DNA of 64,000 nt, from the sequence record CP099787.1. The stretch is one strand, 5' to 3'. Numbering within the stretch: the first letter of the stretch is position 1; each line of letters starts with the position of its first letter. A program made the translations under genes and the position numbers. The notes under the pieces were generated by a model that was given only the letters and a program-made list of their open reading frames with translations, made no database searches and was not told the origin of the DNA. Source of the stretch: a plasmid. Shown one piece after another: positions 29,579-40,660 of the stretch.

Positions 29579-29863
29579 ATGAAAACCAAAGAAATTATCC
29601 AAATGCCACTGAAATTGATCTCATCAAGTAAAAAAGATGATGTATACGAAAATATTGAAGCTCTTGTATTGAGCATAAAGAAAGATGGCTTTTTACTCCC
29701 TATCAGCGTGCGAATGAATCCCGATAAAACAGGAGAATTCATTGTTAATCTTGGGGAAAACCGATTTAGGGCAGCGCTAGCACTTGGTTTAAATACTATT
29801 CCTGTTTATATTGAGGAAGCTCCAAAAATTTCTATTGATTTCCTGTTTACGAGTCCAGAATAA
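29579..29863 (+). CDS. small ParB-N-terminal-domain-like protein
   Basis: LGENRFRAA motif resembling the ParB GxxRxxA box. Confidence 0.4.
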   Translation: MKTKEIIQMPLKLISSSKKDDVYENIEALVLSIKKDGFLLPISVRMNPDKTGEFIVNLGENRFRAALALGLNTIPVYIEEAPKISIDFLFTSPE

Positions 29864-29877
29864 TTAAATTTCGACTT

Positions 29878-31170
29878 TTAATTGTTAATTTTTAATAGCC
29901 CATCCCATGAAAAATAATTTTGGCTTAGGCTATTACGGCACATGGTCCATTTCCGATCCGGGAACATACATGTACCAACTGCAAGCTTTTTTTTACCAAA
30001 TTTATTAGTGATCGACTCGAACGCTAACATGAGATTTTCTTGTTTTGCTATATCATCCATATCTGTTAATAAGTCATATGTGAAAAGTGACTTTGGTTCC
30101 AGCCCGGTTAATATAAGCCCGCACTTTTTATATTCTATCCCTTCTGTATACACTTTCTCGATTAGCTTTACCGCAGCTTCAACCAAAGTTAAAACATTAT
30201 CAGTAGGAATAACAAAACCACTTGTAGAGCTCTTATAGTAGTACTTTCTTTTATTATCAAATGGATTAGAGTGTGCGAATACAATGATACAACCACAAAG
30301 CAAATTAGCTTTTCTAAGCCTTCTAAACGCATCTTGAGTATATCGAGAAATTGCTTCTTGTAAGTCTTCCAATGCTGTGACACGCTGACCAAAAGATTTT
30401 GATGATATTATTTGCTTTTGACTTGGTGGACTATGCTCAATCTCAATACATGGGATTCCTCGCAGCTCCATTACTGTTCTTGCTAATACCACACTAAATT
30501 GTTTTTTTATCCATACTGGATTAGCAACAGCTAAGTCATAAACTGAAGAAAACCCAAAATTATTTAATTGCTTTGCTATTCGCCTTCCAACTCCCCACAC
30601 TTCATTCAAGGGAATATCCTGAAAAATGTCTTCTTTTATGAGTGGATCCATGTTAACTAAATCGCATACTCCATTGAAATGTTTCATCTTTTTTGCTAGA
30701 AAATTACCTAATTTAGCCTCTGTTTTTGATCTACCCAATCCAACTGAGACGGGCAAACCAATTAATCGAAAGATTTCTTTTTTTATAGTATGTGCATATT
30801 CAGTTAGATCAAATAAACTCTCGTAATTAGTTAGTAAGAGCCAAGCTTCATCTATACTATAGACTTCCATTTCTTGATCAGTAACAAATTGATTTATAAT
30901 AGAATGAAAGCGTCTACTCATTTCACCATAAACTGTATAATTACTAGACAACATCACAACGTTATTACGCTTAATAATATCTTTTATCTTAAAGAGCGGA
31001 ACGCCCATCTGAATTCCAAGCAATTTCGCCTCATTTGAACGGGCTACTACCGTGGCATCCCCATTTGACAAGACAATAACTGGTTTATCAATAAGTTGTG
31101 GATTAAAAAACCGCTCAATACTAGCATAGCAGTTATTAATATCGATTAGGGCGAAGACATGCTCTTTCAT
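29878..31170 (-). CDS. umuC: Y-family error-prone DNA polymerase UmuC; no umuD adjacent
   Basis: N-terminal FALIDINNCYASIER; about 430 aa. Confidence 0.8.
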   Translation of the reverse strand: MKEHVFALIDINNCYASIERFFNPQLIDKPVIVLSNGDATVVARSNEAKLLGIQMGVPLFKIKDIIKRNNVVMLSSNYTVYGEMSRRFHSIINQFVTDQEMEVYSIDEAWLLLTNYESLFDLTEYAHTIKKEIFRLIGLPVSVGLGRSKTEAKLGNFLAKKMKHFNGVCDLVNMDPLIKEDIFQDIPLNEVWGVGRRIAKQLNNFGFSSVYDLAVANPVWIKKQFSVVLARTVMELRGIPCIEIEHSPPSQKQIISSKSFGQRVTALEDLQEAISRYTQDAFRRLRKANLLCGCIIVFAHSNPFDNKRKYYYKSSTSGFVIPTDNVLTLVEAAVKLIEKVYTEGIEYKKCGLILTGLEPKSLFTYDLLTDMDDIAKQENLMLAFESITNKFGKKKLAVGTCMFPDRKWTMCRNSLSQNYFSWDGLLKINN

Positions 31171-31291
31171 GCTATCTTGAAAATGTTACAAATTCAAAAT
31201 AAATGGTAGAGCTGAGTCTTAAAAAAAGCAAATTAAAAAAATTCTTTAAAATCATTACAACGACATTGATTGTCGTTAGTTATAATAATTA

Positions 31292-31307
31292 TTTGCGGAT
31301 CCGCAAC
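31292..31307. repeat. Near-palindrome TTTGCGGATCCGCAAC (1 mismatch) in the divergent umuC / metallopeptidase-2 intergenic region
   Basis: Seen in sequence. Confidence 0.8.
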
Positions 31308-31335
31308 GCTTGAAACTAATTACCAGGATATAAAA

Positions 31336-32328
31336 ATGTCTAATCACAAAATTAACTTGAATGATTTGACTATCCCCGTCCTTTTCATTCTATTTGTGAT
31401 TTCTATCATGATATGGCCTCTGTTGGGCTTCATAATTCCGTTGCATTACCCGGTAATCGGTTTAACTATACTTTCTTTGATGACGATGACTCCCTTATTT
31501 TTTTTATTAAATAGTCAAATTAAAAAGGGTCCTCATCCGGTTACTAGTAAATTAAAACAATTCATAATTTCAGGTTCTCTTTCTGCAAGTTTTACGCTGT
31601 TGATTGCATTGATAGCCGTTATAGTAGGTAATTCATTAAAACTCTATTCGCAAAAGCAATTTGATGATCAAAGGCAAGAATTTCTAAGTTCTGCAACCGG
31701 GTTTAAAATCTTAAAAGATTACGCTTTTAAAAATTATAAAACTGTGGTTGAGCTTGGCGACATAAATGATAGTTGGGCATTAACAACACTTAATATCCCT
31801 AATGCTTCTCCGGCTTCTATGCAAGCAGCATCGGGTTATTGCATTTTAAATCTATCACCCCAAAATGTCTTAAATACTGCACCTTCTTTAGTCGATAAGG
31901 ACTTGTGGGTTCAAGGAATCATGATGCATGAATTTGCTCATTGTCTTGATAGGTCAAGAGATTTACCTAACAAAAACTCTTTGAACCCATTGTCCACTCT
32001 GTCCATCGCTCCCGACCAAGCTAATAAAGTTACTGATCTGCAATCATATTTGCTTAATGAGAGATCTGAACAAACACAACTCTGGCGTGAAGCCGTCTCT
32101 GATATTTTTGCTATCGGATACTGGAAAATAAAAGCTGATCACAATAATTATAATTCCTTAGTAAATTCACTATATAACTATAGAGCTGAAAGAAGTTCCG
32201 ATGATCCTGAGCATGGAACAATGTGTTTTATCAAGGCTGCTATGAATAGCAAAATTCCTTTATCTGAAGAGAAATTGTTTGAATGGTCAGATGAAATAAG
32301 ACGAACTGCTAAATGTAGAATTTCTTAA
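31336..32328 (+). CDS. membrane-anchored HExxH zinc-metallopeptidase-like protein, paralogue 2 (track start 31270 is probably too far upstream)
   Basis: HEFAHC; SGYCILN; DDPEHGTMCF; TM helices. Confidence 0.55.
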   Translation: MSNHKINLNDLTIPVLFILFVISIMIWPLLGFIIPLHYPVIGLTILSLMTMTPLFFLLNSQIKKGPHPVTSKLKQFIISGSLSASFTLLIALIAVIVGNSLKLYSQKQFDDQRQEFLSSATGFKILKDYAFKNYKTVVELGDINDSWALTTLNIPNASPASMQAASGYCILNLSPQNVLNTAPSLVDKDLWVQGIMMHEFAHCLDRSRDLPNKNSLNPLSTLSIAPDQANKVTDLQSYLLNERSEQTQLWREAVSDIFAIGYWKIKADHNNYNSLVNSLYNYRAERSSDDPEHGTMCFIKAAMNSKIPLSEEKLFEWSDEIRRTAKCRIS

Positions 32329-32334
32329 AAAAAT

Positions 32335-32361
32335 GCCCTCAATTTTGAGGGCATTTTATTT
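32335..32361 (+). terminator. Rho-independent terminator GCCCTCAATTTTGAGGGC followed by a T-run
   Basis: Seen in sequence. Confidence 0.65.
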
Positions 32362-32444
32362 AATTTCTCTTTCCGTTCCTTAACTTAGCATCGATAACAA
32401 CAAACTTTCGATCGACCGTTTCCATATACTGTTTTGCCGTCGTA

Positions 32445-32885
32445 TTAATTCCCATTTTCGTAAAGTTGTGCATTGTTTCTCATAGCCTTCACAGATACAC
32501 CGGCTAAAGCCATTTTACCTTGTCTTGCTGCTACAGCCATGCTTGGATTACCAATGTTATGGACTGTATAAATATCTGCAAGTGTTACGTTATCTCTTAT
32601 ACCATTGGCTTTAAAAGCAGATTTAACACGGTCTTCTGCATCTTTAATATGTTCAGCTAAAGCTAGTGCTCCAATTCTTGGATCCTTCCTTTTTTCAAGT
32701 AGCTCTTCTCTAGATAAACCTCTTAGTGCTCGCAGTTCAGGATGTCTCGATTTAGCAATTCGTTCAGCAAACGTTCCAGCTACAAATTGGCCTAAGCCGG
32801 TTGCTTTAGTTGCTGATACAGCATCTTCTTTGAACGAGCTCTCTAAACCCGAAATTAAAATAACTTTCTGAGGGTCCACCCCCAC
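32445..32885 (-). CDS. lytic transglycosylase (SLT domain) protein
   Basis: GLESSF...ATGLGQF catalytic motif; locally higher GC. Confidence 0.6.
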   Translation of the reverse strand: MGVDPQKVILISGLESSFKEDAVSATKATGLGQFVAGTFAERIAKSRHPELRALRGLSREELLEKRKDPRIGALALAEHIKDAEDRVKSAFKANGIRDNVTLADIYTVHNIGNPSMAVAARQGKMALAGVSVKAMRNNAQLYENGN

Positions 32886-32950
32886 TTCCCTAGCAGCTTG
32901 AATTAGAAATCCTCCTGTTTTTTCATACTGCCTATAGAGTTGGGGGTCCT

Positions 32951-35900
32951 TTACTTTTTTGGGTCAATATCTCTTCTGTTCCACTGGCCAAATGAAGCAC
33001 CATTACTGTTTATATGGGTTTCATTTTTTGGCATAACCTTTTCTTTCAACTCGGTAAATGCTTCTTTCGCATGACCAATAGGATCAAAATCAATCGTGTC
33101 CTTAATATCTTTACGTTTCCATTCTCCTACTTTTTCTTCAAGCTCAAAGTTTCTATCTTTTGTGTGCTCAGTTTTATTATGTTGATTCTGCTGAATAACT
33201 GACATATTACCTTCAATATCATCCAGACTATTTTTCACACCACTAATTGCTGAAGATGGCCCCGTATTCACTGACACTTGTTTAATTCCAGTACCAATAT
33301 TGCTAGAATTTTTAGCAAAATCCGCACTGATCCCACTTCGGCTTCCCACATTGCCTTTATTTGATCTAAAGTCACTTGGCAAATTAAATTCAATTGGCTT
33401 TCCGTCAGCATATGTGCTTGGAGTCTCTTTAATTCGTGCAGTTTCATTAGCTAAATAATCTTGCATGTATTGGGTTTGTTGCTGCGGACTTAAATTACTA
33501 AATTGAATCTGGTCTAGGCCAAAATGTTGAGCAACTTCTTTTTTAAACTTAGGATCTTGTGCAAAGTTATAACCACTTTCCATTGAATGAGAGCTTGCAA
33601 AAGAAGTACTACGTGCTTCTTCATTTCTTGAACTTAATTGTGCATTTCTATTTTCTGCATAACTATTATTTTCATAAAGGCTGGCCGAACGTTCATGACC
33701 ATTTGATGAGGTGTGAGTTTCATTTTGACTTTCATGTTTGTTATGTTCTAGATCATTACGATAATTAACTCCGGTAGATACACCGCGATACTCATCAACT
33801 GCTGAAGTTCTGTTTTGACCTTCATCTTGTGTACCACTCCAGTTAATACCTTTCTGACCTTGTGCATAGACTCCAACACCAGCTTGAATACCAACTCCAG
33901 CTTTACCACCTTTACCACCTTTACCACCTTCTCCTTTAGATACAGGTTGAACATTCCCTGGATTAGTTGGAGAGCCAGCAACACGTTTTTCTTCAGAGCC
34001 TCCACCACCACTTCCGGCACCACCACCTAAGCCTAAATTTCCGTTTGCTCCGGCAGACATGGCCGTATAATCTGTCTTACTTAATGAAACACCCGTATGT
34101 GTAGTATCTGATTCGTTTTGGTTCGTTCCAGTCGTATACCCTTTCGAATTTCCAACTCCTGTTAATGAAGAATTAGATACACCTCTCTCATCCGTTAAGC
34201 CATATGTTTCAGATCTGTTATATGAGTTTGTATTCGTTGAACCGGTTGCTTTGTCATATGTCGCACCAACGCCATATACAGAATCTGTACTCTGTCCATA
34301 TCGGTTTTCGTTGCTTCTGCTTATTGATTGGCCTGTATGAAGAGATTGCGCTGTTGTATCTTCAAGCTTTTGAGTATTCATAACTCCAGATGGGGTTAGT
34401 GTATGGCTAGTTCCATACTCATTTGTTAAAGTTGTTAAACCTCGGCTTTGTGAAAGATTGCTATCATATTTGTTCATTGAAGTGTTGTTGACTGAAGATG
34501 AATCAATATTAGTTTCACCCAATGTCATATTACCCATTGCCATTGAACTGCCGATCGACGAACCTGCTGATGTAAAGCGCCCAACTATTTGATTTCCAAT
34601 TGCAGCTATATCACCATAAAATCCTCGTGCTATCCATGCAGCTAGAGGTATAGTTAGAATTACAAATAATCCAATAACAGTTTGAATATCAACGACTGTG
34701 GAGTCTAATACCCCCATTTTAGTAAAGGGAATGCCCTCACTAAAATCTAGAGCTTCTGCTTTCCGTCTTAGATATAGCATTGAAGCATGATTAATTAATG
34801 CGAAAATTAGAGGAAAAAGGCCAAGCGTTAAAAAGCTTGTAAAGTAACCGGATAAAATATTTACTGCCGTACTCGGTTTTAAAACTATTAACATGACCGC
34901 TATTGGGAATGTTGCATATAGAACAACTTCTAGCCAATTTCTCACTATCGGAATGACTTCAAATGCTAATTTTGATAAAACTGCGGCTGCACCTTTCATT
35001 TGTTCTGAAGCTGCTGCTGCACCTGCCGATGCCATTAATTCTTGTATACGAGTTTGATCATTAATAAGTGCCGGTAATTCAGTATTTGCATCTTTCATAA
35101 TGTTATTAAACATACTTTGTTTAACAGCATCAGAAGCACTTTGATTAGCTCCAAGTATCCAGCTATAACTTGTTCCAACAGCATTTGTATACATAGATAA
35201 AGCAGTCGCTTCATTAAAATCTATAAATGCATTTTTTCCGTAATAGCGCATTGCTGCTGCAATACCATCGTTAACTTGTTGCTTTAATCTTGTTGCTCCT
35301 TCGACACATGTGACGGTTTCAGGTGCACCTTTCAAAATACCCAGAGTTACAAATCGCGCTGGATTTGTATTGGAAAATAGCTTGTTCCAACTATCTGTTT
35401 TCTGCATCAAATCTTCAGCATTCAATACCCCATCTTGCATGTCGTAAATTGAAACATTCTTTGATATATTGCATAATATCAGCACGCAAACTAGGACTAG
35501 TGATACTCATTTTATTTGTGTTTCTTATTAGGGCTTGACCAAAGCCCATATCACCAGTTCCTGTTAAACTTAGGCTGCTAGGTACGGAAGTAAGTGTTTC
35601 ATATTCTTTAGTTATCCATCCCGTTGTGAAATTTGTTGTGAATGCTCCCATTGCTAACAGCCAGGGAACATTACCCACAATTTTTGGAGGCTCTTGCTTA
35701 AGTTTATCAACTACGGCCACTGAACTAACCGGCGCCATAATGATTACTACAATAAAGTAAGCCCAACCAAAATTTCTAACAAACTTTCCTAAATCTCTAT
35801 CTAAAGCAAATACAAAAAGCGAAGCCATGATCGCAGTTAAAAAGATGAATTTTAAAGCCCCTACCCAGTCGCTACTTCCCATGAGAGATGCAACAGCATT

Positions 35901-35954
35901 AAGGATTAAGTAGGTACTTTCAACGTTCCAGTACGTTTCAATTGTAAAGTCCAT
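32951..35954 (-). CDS. traG: F-type TraG (mating-pair stabilisation), split into two overlapping ORFs (35415-35954 and 32951-35485); C-terminal Gly/Ser/Asn-rich repeats
   Basis: N-terminal polytopic membrane domain; size about 1000 aa; overlap region around 35415-35485; removing one base in the G4/C4 run (35428-35431) fuses the frames; GGKGGKGGK repeats. Confidence 0.65.
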
Positions 35955-35969
35955 AATTATTATCCCTAC

Positions 35970-37397
35970 TTATTTATCTAATGTGTTAGCGAAGACAATT
36001 GACTGTCTTAAAGCTGGAGCTAAATTTGAATGTAAAGTTCGCTCCATATGCTGAACTTCCTGGGCGATATTAAATGAGACATTGGAACGTGCGTAAGCAA
36101 CTTGCGTGCTTTGGTTCAAGTCTGCTCTTGTTTTATCTAAGGTTTCTCTAATCTTAGTAACTTCTTGAGCAGTTACAGCATCAGCCGTTCCAGCAATAAT
36201 ATTGCCTAAAGCAGCTTCAACCATCTTTGAAGTTATTTCAAAGTACGCAAGAGCATATTTTGCTGCTATCAGTTCTTTGTACTGGTCTAAGGCCATCATT
36301 GCAGCAGTACTATCACCACCATATCGAGTATTCAGTGCTATGATTTTATAGATCGGAATATCTGTTAAATTGATGAATTGAATGATTCCACCAGCATCAG
36401 TAATTGGGCGACGTTGCGAAATAGCATCCGCTAGTAATCTCATCTTTTCATCTACTAGCGAATAGAATGTTTCATTAGTTGTTAAGTTGTCTTGAACAAG
36501 AGATGTACATTCATCTTCACGTGTACCATCGACACAACGCCAAACTGGAAATTGTGCTTGTGAACTTGCACTAGTACCAATGAGTGTAGAAATATTATCG
36601 ATTCTTCGCGGATAAGCGACTATTTTAGGCGTTCCATTGGTTGGATCTTCAGTTATAACTACTGTACCCACCATTGCCATGATTAAGTATTTTTGGTCTG
36701 TAGGTAATGCTGAAATTTTTGATAATGCTTTCCAAGTCAAGTTACCATCCGGTATATGATTTTTCATATTTGGATCTTGATTAGATAAATTATCTAAAGT
36801 TTGATTTGTTTGTTGTGAATTTCCCTTATTCTTGGTCCATGCTTCTGTCATATCACTGAAGATATTTTTTATTGTTCCAAAATTCATTGAAGATTGTTCG
36901 CGTCCACGCAATGCAACAGTAGAAGTTGCTGCATTAACAATCCCTTTCGCTGCCTCACACGAATCAATGTTCATTCTATTAATTTGTTGAGAGGCAGATT
37001 GAAGAGCTTGCAGAACGTTATCGCAAGTCGGACATAAATTTTGTAAAGCTAATTTAAAGCCATATCCCAATGCATTTGAGCCGATATTTTTTAGCATGGC
37101 TACAAATTGTTCTTTATTTACAAAGCTGAAGCCACCCATATACAAGTCAATGCCGCCACAACCAGCATTAGCTGAAGGAGGGGTAATAGCAGCTAGATTA
37201 TATGTGGTGTTGGGAGTTCGCATAAACAAACTCCCACCTGTCATATAATTCATAGTCTGGCCCTGGATTGCGGTTGGCTGAGTAACATTTCCACGCGCAT
37301 TTATTTGGTCAAAAACTTCTTGCATTGAGGCTGGATCGGCATTTGCAGAAACCGTAATACCAAATAGAACACCTATAATTAATGCTTTAATTTTCAT
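35970..37397 (-). CDS. traH: TraH
   Basis: Signal peptide; size and position between traG and traF. Confidence 0.65.
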   Translation of the reverse strand: MKIKALIIGVLFGITVSANADPASMQEVFDQINARGNVTQPTAIQGQTMNYMTGGSLFMRTPNTTYNLAAITPPSANAGCGGIDLYMGGFSFVNKEQFVAMLKNIGSNALGYGFKLALQNLCPTCDNVLQALQSASQQINRMNIDSCEAAKGIVNAATSTVALRGREQSSMNFGTIKNIFSDMTEAWTKNKGNSQQTNQTLDNLSNQDPNMKNHIPDGNLTWKALSKISALPTDQKYLIMAMVGTVVITEDPTNGTPKIVAYPRRIDNISTLIGTSASSQAQFPVWRCVDGTREDECTSLVQDNLTTNETFYSLVDEKMRLLADAISQRRPITDAGGIIQFINLTDIPIYKIIALNTRYGGDSTAAMMALDQYKELIAAKYALAYFEITSKMVEAALGNIIAGTADAVTAQEVTKIRETLDKTRADLNQSTQVAYARSNVSFNIAQEVQHMERTLHSNLAPALRQSIVFANTLDK

Positions 37398-37430
37398 AAC
37401 ATCACCTTAAGCCGTGAGGCTCCTTTATTA

Positions 37431-37760
37431 TTAAGATACTTGAATTGGTTTATCGCAATTCTCATCAGAGGTTTTAGTACCACTTAATTCTGGTTTTTTA
37501 AGTTTTCTGCTCCTTTCGTTTAATGAACTAGAATGTAAATGTTGCGGATCCGCAATCTTAGTTTTACTAGATGTTAATTCTTTATGTTCATTACAAAAAC
37601 GGCCAGATTCAACTTTGATTAATCTATTTTTCTGAAGTGAATGAGCTGTTTCTCTTTCACTATTAATCTTCAAAAAAACATCTTGCATTGAGTTTGAGCC
37701 AGCGAACATAGGGCCAGAACAAATCAAAGATAAGGAAATTACTATTAATTTTGCTTTCAT
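37431..37760 (-). CDS. small secreted protein; palindrome variant inside
   Basis: Signal peptide; GTTGCGGATCCGCAAT at 37541-37556. Confidence 0.35.
   Translation of the reverse strand: MKAKLIVISLSLICSGPMFAGSNSMQDVFLKINSERETAHSLQKNRLIKVESGRFCNEHKELTSSKTKIADPQHLHSSSLNERSRKLKKPELSGTKTSDENCDKPIQVS
37541..37556. repeat. Near-palindrome GTTGCGGATCCGCAAT
   Basis: Seen in sequence. Confidence 0.8.
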
Positions 37761-37930
37761 AGAGACACCATAAGCCCTTCGGCTCTAATTAAGTTTAAAA
37801 ATCTTGACCTGGTTGGGTATTTGTAAGTACCCAAATTCTTTCTATGACTTCATTTAAAGACATTACACCAAATCCGATCGGTGCGTGATCTTTAGTTTTT
37901 TTAGATGCAATAAAGGTAGCGGGTACTTTT

Positions 37931-38608
37931 TCAATACCCCATTTTTGTACCACTTGCACGGCCATCTACAGGATTTGGAAAGTCAGGTAATCCAGCTCCA
38001 TCAACACTAACGCCAAGCACTTCAAAACCATACATTTGTGATAATTGTTTAAGTATTGGAGCCATTTGATGACAGTACGGACAATCTGATCTGAAGAAGA
38101 ATATCAATCCTTGTTCTTTACTTAAGTTCTTAAGATATCCATCAATTTGCGTTTGCTTTGCCTGTGCTTGAACTTTAATCGCTGCATTATTAGATGGGTT
38201 TCTTAATGAATAATCATAGTCTGGATTCTGATAAACTACTCGTCTCCATTGGTCTGTAAATACAGTTGCTTTGTTTTGTACAAGATGCCATGCATCAAGA
38301 TAATTTTTGATGTTCTGTTCTGTCGGATACATGACTGCTATATCTTCTCGTTTTTTTAACTCAGCTCGAAGTTCAGTCGCAGTCTTTAATTTATTTAAAT
38401 CAGTAATAGGATCAAATAAAGGAGCTTGTTTAGGAGTTTCCTTTTTTACTTCCTGAACCGGCGTTTCTTCTTTTGGCTTATTACAATACCAGTTGACTTT
38501 AGTTCGATCACAATTCCAAACAGAGTCATAATCCAATACATTATTGGCTTTTGTTAGCTGAGTTAGCCCACTAAATACAACCATTGAAGCTAAGATTAAT
38601 TTATTCAC
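37931..38608 (-). CDS. traF: TraF (thioredoxin-fold, CPYC)
   Basis: Signal peptide; CPYCH. Confidence 0.7.
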   Translation of the reverse strand: MNKLILASMVVFSGLTQLTKANNVLDYDSVWNCDRTKVNWYCNKPKEETPVQEVKKETPKQAPLFDPITDLNKLKTATELRAELKKREDIAVMYPTEQNIKNYLDAWHLVQNKATVFTDQWRRVVYQNPDYDYSLRNPSNNAAIKVQAQAKQTQIDGYLKNLSKEQGLIFFFRSDCPYCHQMAPILKQLSQMYGFEVLGVSVDGAGLPDFPNPVDGRASGTKMGY

Positions 38609-40660
38609 TGTAATAACCTCCGACGGCTTGCTTATTTACCCGTTCTCTAATCTTTTCTGCTTTATCTCCCAAATCAACGTTTTTTGGCACTACTGAGTTT
38701 TGAAATTCAGTCATATCAATTTTAGAGAAATCTAATTTTTGCAATTGCTCAACAGTAATTCCTTCACAAGTTTCTAATGAAAGACCAAGCTGTTTTCTGC
38801 CCTCTCGGTTAATTATCTTTGCCAAGATACTTTTGAAACAGCAATAGGAACGACTCTCTTCAGTACAACCAAAAATGGTTTTTGATGAGCACCATGTCCG
38901 CGCATGAGTACATAAACTACCGCCACGTTTTACGGCCAAGTCCCGTTCTTCTTCGTTACATTGAAGCCATCCACCAGTCAGATCTCCCTGAAGGTTTTTC
39001 ATCATTGAATCATCGTTATATAAATCATCATATTGATAAGTTGAGCCTTCTGTTTGCTGAGCTGCTTGTTCCGGGTTATTACCCATAGCTTGAGTTTGCT
39101 TACTTCCAGTTGCATTGTTTGAAGCTTTAGAAACGTCAACTTTTATTTCTTTACAACAGCTCATGATGTTATGACCAGCTAATAGCTTTACAGTACATGT
39201 TCCCCCTTCTCCATTGAATACTCTCAAGGAACCTGTAGAATCTTTTTCGCCATACACGCCCGCTTCTCGCGTAGCTTCCATCATTGCAATTGCTTGACCA
39301 AAATCTTTATCCGGTTCTGAAGATTCTTGATAGCATTTACCGTCAGTACATTTAGCCTCTACACATACTCTTCGATTTTCTTTTCGTGCTTCTGAAGTTT
39401 TGCATTGATATGTTTGACTATAAGTTAAGCAATTACCTGCTGAGTCTTTGGATGAACAAACACTTTTAATTTGAGAACAACCAGCATCTATTAAGTTTTG
39501 ACAATCAGATACATTAGTTTTTTCCGCACACATGAATTGTTTTTCTTCATAAACACATTCGCCATCGATTGTTTTTTTGCATTCTGATTTTATCTCTTTG
39601 CATGGTTTAATAGTCGGGTTGTATTTATCATAACAACCATTAACCTTCTGTTTTTTACATGCGCACGCAATTCTTGTTTTAATATTTACACTTGTCCACC
39701 AATCTGTGCGTGCATTCCAGTTTTCAAGTCTAACTGTATTAATGCCTTCTTTGAGGAATGGTTTTAGATCCACATTCGTTGTTCCTGAGCAACAATGAGC
39801 GCCCCCCCAATTAAAACTCCATGCTTCTTTACCATTGATATAAAGTCTTGAACCGTCGTTATTCATAAAATCAGTGAGGCGAAATTCAGCCAAAGATTCC
39901 AGATTCTTAACTTCAAAACTATATTCGGCAGCATGTACTCCAGTAGAACCATCAGTTCCAAATAGGCCAATTTTTAAAAAGCCATTTTCCATTGTGATTG
40001 TTGAATTATGAAATGGCTTAGTCACTTTTAAAGTAGTATGATCAATTCCGCTTCCATCTTCTCCACAAATCATGTCTTTTATTGGAGAAATACAATCAGT
40101 AAAGAGAATTTTGTTTATGCAGCTTTCTGTAGAACTAGTTGAAAATACTGAGCACTGTTTATTTTCAAAAACTGGTTTAACATCGAATTCTTTATTGAAG
40201 CAAAACTGATTTGTAGAACCTTCAATGCTTGCTTGTGTAGCACTTTCACCAGATACCTTTATCGTTTCCTTAGAGTCTTTTACTAGGGGATCTTTTTTTG
40301 GATCAATTTCATAAATTGGTCTAGATGTAGCACTTTTATTAACTAAATTAATAGCCTCACATTCCAAGTTAAGTTGATTGCTTCCACTCATATTTTGGTT
40401 TTGGCAGTTCGTAACTTTCTGGTTTCCAATACTATTAACGTTTCCCATTCCATTTTTTGATAATAGGCGGATTCAGGTGCGTTAGTTGAAAAATTAGGTA
40501 CTGTATTCTGACCATTTTGAGAATTTACTAAAGAGGATGTGGACTCAATAGAATTTTGGCCAAAATCTCTCCCTTCCTCTTCTGCTGTTTTTGCATGTAT
40601 GACGCTTGACATACATGCAAAACTCAATATTGTTGCTAATACATGATGTTTCTTAATCAT
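38601..40660 (-). CDS. traN: TraN (Cys-rich outer-membrane mating-pair stabilisation protein), split into 40388-40660 (signal peptide) and 38601-40448
   Basis: More than 30 Cys; 90-aa ORF supplies the signal peptide. Confidence 0.65.

Noticed and set aside
31270-31335. ORF-track start of metallopeptidase paralogue 2 at 31270 (MSLVIIIICGSATLE...)
   Set aside because: The N-terminal 22 codons are translation of the palindrome/intergenic operator region. The SD and ATG at 31336 (MSNHK) are a better start.
33850-34030. Short tandem repeats as a CRISPR array
   Set aside because: The 9-bp units are contiguous with no spacers and lie inside the traG coding sequence.
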